Shown here in pieces: positions 60,350-64,000 of a stretch of DNA of 64,000 bases. Source of the DNA: Tubiluchus corallicola (taxonomy: Eukaryota > Animalia > Priapulida). Both the position numbers and the translations under genes were made by a program. The stretch's first letter is position 1. The number at the start of each line of letters is the position of its first letter. The notes under the pieces were generated by a model. The model made no database searches. It was not told the origin of the DNA and worked only from the letters and a program-made list of their open reading frames with translations. The stretch covers positions 682,001 to 746,000 of the forward strand of contig JAQGDQ010000035.1 of assembly GCA_030141605.1 (NCBI GenBank). The letters run 5' to 3'.

Positions 60350-60392
60350 AACTGAATGCTTCAGTTCATGCACCGCCTCCTTTTATGCAAAT
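60350..60392 (-). promoter_or_regulatory. Candidate core promoter (octamer overlapping CATAAAAG TATA variant; Inr TCAGTT)
   Basis: Minus strand reads ATTTGCATAAAAG (60392-60380) ... TCAGTT (60355-60350), then ATG at 60329. Confidence 0.4.
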
Positions 60393-63300
60393 GCGCCAAA
60401 TATAATTTTGGTTAGCACTGAAATTTGCTTTTATTAAGATTCGATAATAAGTGAATCAAAATAAGCGGTTTGGCCTAGTAAGCTTGAGCGTGAACGCGAA
60501 ATTACGTTATTGTGTCTATTATACTTAAAATGATAAACATCGTCAAATTTCACAATAATTCTAAACGAATGAAATAACTTAGGATTATTCTGGGTAGGCT
60601 AAATTATTGTTATTAAGGAGGCGATACGTTGGCGTAGACCAAATTTAGTTAATTTAGCTAATTATAATTGAAGAGCTAAAACAGGGGATTAATTTTGACA
60701 ATACGGAACTGGAGTTTAGTTTTCGCACAAATTTCATTTGAGCGTGCAGGTTTATATGCAGCAAATATAGATTGTTGTATAGTAGAAGCCAGTATGACTC
60801 GCAGGATTTTGAAGCCACAATTATGTGTTTTAATTTTTTATATTAACCTGGAAACACGGGTTATTTTTAGAAGAGAATTTCGCATTGATAGTTTATATTG
60901 GATATTATGAATAGTTCGTGTCAGCGGCTCCTGACTAATACAGTGGTTCGATACCCGTGATCATCACGATCTGGATAATTTCATTCGCAATACGTTATAT
61001 TATATACTTTAATTAGTATATGTACATGAGTTGGTATGAGTTATGTGAGTTATGTACATTAGAACGTGGTTAAGGCACATTTGCCAGCTTGCTGGAGCCC
61101 ATAAATGTAGCATAAACTTCAATATTTTTTTATTTGAAAGGTTTCTGGTCTTCTTATCTTCAGTTTTTTTATCACGCGACTGCTTTTGGGTTTAACAAAA
61201 ATATATTCACGCGACAATTTTTATGTGTGAAAAAACATTTTTAATGAACTGAGCTTAGGCTGCACGTTTAAAATGCCAGACTCACACCACTAGATCAAAG
61301 GGAATTTGACGCTAATGTTATGTTTAATTACGTAGTTACCTTACTGAGCGTTAAGTGTCACGTGATCTACCAAGCCCGCTTAAACTACTTATCACCACTG
61401 GAGGCAGGAAGCAGGCAAACAGGTATTCAGGCAGTTTTATAGCACATTACTACTGGAGACAGGCAAGCAGACTAACTGGCAATTTTCTAGCACGTTTTTA
61501 TACTCTTTAGCGTTTTTTATGTTACAGATTTAACTGTACCCAAAATGTGGACATGGACTTGTGAAATTACTTAACGTTATTCTAGTATCAATATCAAGAC
61601 TCAAGGTTTGTTGCTGATTTATGTTGCCTTTAAAACTTATTACAAAACTATTTATTTGCATTACCTTCCAAGTCGATGGCTTTTTGGCTGTCTCTTGGTT
61701 TTTGCTAAAGGATAAACTTCTCTTGAATTTTTAATGTAAAGCCTTGTGTTGTTACCAGCTAGAGAAAATAAGCAAATAAAGTTTGACAAAATCGACAAAA
61801 CTTGACATTAAAATTCTAAATAAATCTAGTCTAATTTACTCAGTAACTAAGTTCAATTTACTCAAATTTCACATAGGTTGTTCGCAAAAAGTTCTATTTA
61901 ACAAGTAAATAAAGTGGTTAATTAATTGAGCACATTTAGCTTATAGCAATAAATTGACGTGTAGGCAAGAGTATTACAGTTTCAGATGCACAATGTTGTT
62001 ATAAGGCTTTTACAATTTTTTCACTACTTGAGCTACGTGTGCGTTATCGATCATTGGTGGGTATATAATGTCTGGATACGGTCTTCCAAGTTATGCAACC
62101 CATTGTAATAATTACTACTAATTACTGGGAAAACTGTTTGCAAGATTAATTATTAACTATATTTTGTGTAGGTAAAAGTGATTAAAAGCTGGCTCGAATC
62201 TTACTTTCACAATACCAGAATATTTCATAAAGAAAGTGTTAATTTTTTACAATTGATTTAACAAGTGACAGACAGATCGTTCATTATTTCATTCATTCAT
62301 TCATTCATTCATTCAGTTTTTTGTTAATTTATTTGTTATCTTCATTGTGTTATTTTAATAAATGCTAAGCTAGCATTACTAATGTATAGGATTCAAGATT
62401 AAATTTGCCAATATTGACGGTTGATGTTACTCAGTTTAAAAGTGAAGCTATAATGTAGACTCAAAGAAGAATTTTTCCGCTTCATGATGAAGTAAACCAG
62501 CAGTTATTAAATTTTGTAACTAAATTCAATCGAAAAAAGGGAATGTGAAGTACTGACTACTTGAATTTGAGTGCTCAAGTAAGTACCAAATTATATGAAG
62601 TGTACATGATGTTTGTTTACGTATGTTTGCTTTCAAAAATAAGGTTACATTTGGAGCACTCGACCGCGTAGTTTCATGTGATCGCGGCGGTCATTAATCG
62701 AACCTTAACCAAGCTAACGTTTTCAAAACTTGCTTACGCTAGCATAATTACTATCTAATTAGAATAATTTCTTGCCAATAAAATTCAGGGGCAAAGAATT
62801 ATTTTTTATCATCTTAACAAGTGAATTTATCAGATAACGAATATGTTAAGATGGATGAACTCTTAAGCTACGTAACCCGTCCCCTGCCGGCACCTACAGG
62901 AATTATGCACACAGAGTTGCATGCTTACCTGAGACTGAAAATGAACAAACAATTTATGTACAGCCTTTGCGCATTTTGAGGTATAATCCCGCTGATTAAA
63001 ACTATGTAAGCAATTGAAAGTTGTTCCGATGCCTAATTTTTACTCAAACACAGTTAAGATTTGAACAGCTAGCTTAGGCTTCAATAGCCGAATTTCTGAG
63101 TGAATGGCAGAAGTTTTATTGCACGTCCTTTCGAACACTCCACCAGTTTACGTCATTTTTTTCAAATACGTCAAAATGAGGTTTGTTTAGTGCGAGATAA
63201 GGATGATTTGATTTTCTTTTGCATTATTAAGCAATTCATTTTATGCGTATATATTGTGTAGTAATTTCAATAATTTTAATTGTATATTAAAATACATATT

Positions 63301-63883
63301 TGTATATTTGTATTTTAACATACGTTACATATATAAAGAAAACGCTCTGTTTTTTGTAATTATTTTAGAAAATCATGTTGTTAAAACTAATCAGTTATGA
63401 AAGAAAAAACATGCCTTTGTGGCTATAGGTTAGCATTTAAGTTAATTGGTGATGTCATTTTTTATGATTTTATATTTTGCCGCTAGATGAGTGTTAAAAT
63501 ACAATGAAAATCGGATGAACCTACTATTCTAGCAGAAGCTGATGAAGCGCAAACGCGTGGATTGGGAGAGCATCTTAGGCTACGAAAAAGTCAAGCTACG
63601 TAGTGTTAGCTGGCGTAAAAGAACGGGAAGTGGTCTTCTGTGTTTAGGAATTTATTGCGGATATTTTCTAACAACGGGAAATCACACAAGCACTCATCGT
63701 AAAGGCAAGTAAATCATATTGTTAAAATGGTGTTTATCTAAATATTTAGTTATATCGCAGAAACGCTATCAGATGTAACCTCTAACCGTCATACTTAAAT
63801 CAACAAAACAAAGAAATAATAAATAAATTAGCAAACTGAAAGAAAAAGGCCACATAGGTGAGTATACACATACTCAATAGTTA

Positions 63884-63955
63884 AAATGGCAATGCACATG
63901 TTCTCAATAGTTAGAATAGCTATTTCATGTTCTCAATAGTTAGATTAGCTATGTC
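63884..63955. repeat. Short tandem duplication, ~29-bp unit
   Basis: CATGTTCTCAATAGTTAGA.TAGCTAT occurs twice, with a partial third copy upstream. Confidence 0.75.
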
Positions 63956-64000
63956 CATGTACTTTTTATTGACGTTTCAGAGGATTTCGATAAACTAAAC

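Overview
AT-rich, intron-containing metazoan (probably invertebrate) genomic DNA, not prokaryotic. Most ORFs in the supplied track are spurious or are single exons. Tracing splice sites by hand gives four genes. (1) The terminal coding exon of an unidentified + strand gene (4-601). (2) A complete 16-exon ATAD5/ELG1 (PCNA-unloader RFC-like AAA+ subunit) on the minus strand, CDS 43346->16989, ~1728 aa, with all intron phases compatible and a CCAAT/E2F/CHR-like motif cluster upstream. (3) A divergently oriented 6-exon TMEM220 homologue (47161-52241, 200 aa) ending in KTEL. (4) A single-exon ORF (60329->59976) with a signal peptide, convertase sites and an amidation site, which looks like an unrecognised secreted peptide precursor. 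The rest is introns and intergenic DNA. It holds decayed Ty3/Gypsy and CR1/L2-type retroelements, MITEs with readable TIRs and TSDs (Tc1/mariner, pogo/Tigger, hAT, PIF/Harbinger, Kolobok-like), mini- and microsatellites, and a possible eroded NACHT-NTPase remnant near 54.3-55.0 kb. No CRISPR array, rRNA or intact tRNA was seen. All homology calls are from remembered motifs, not searches.
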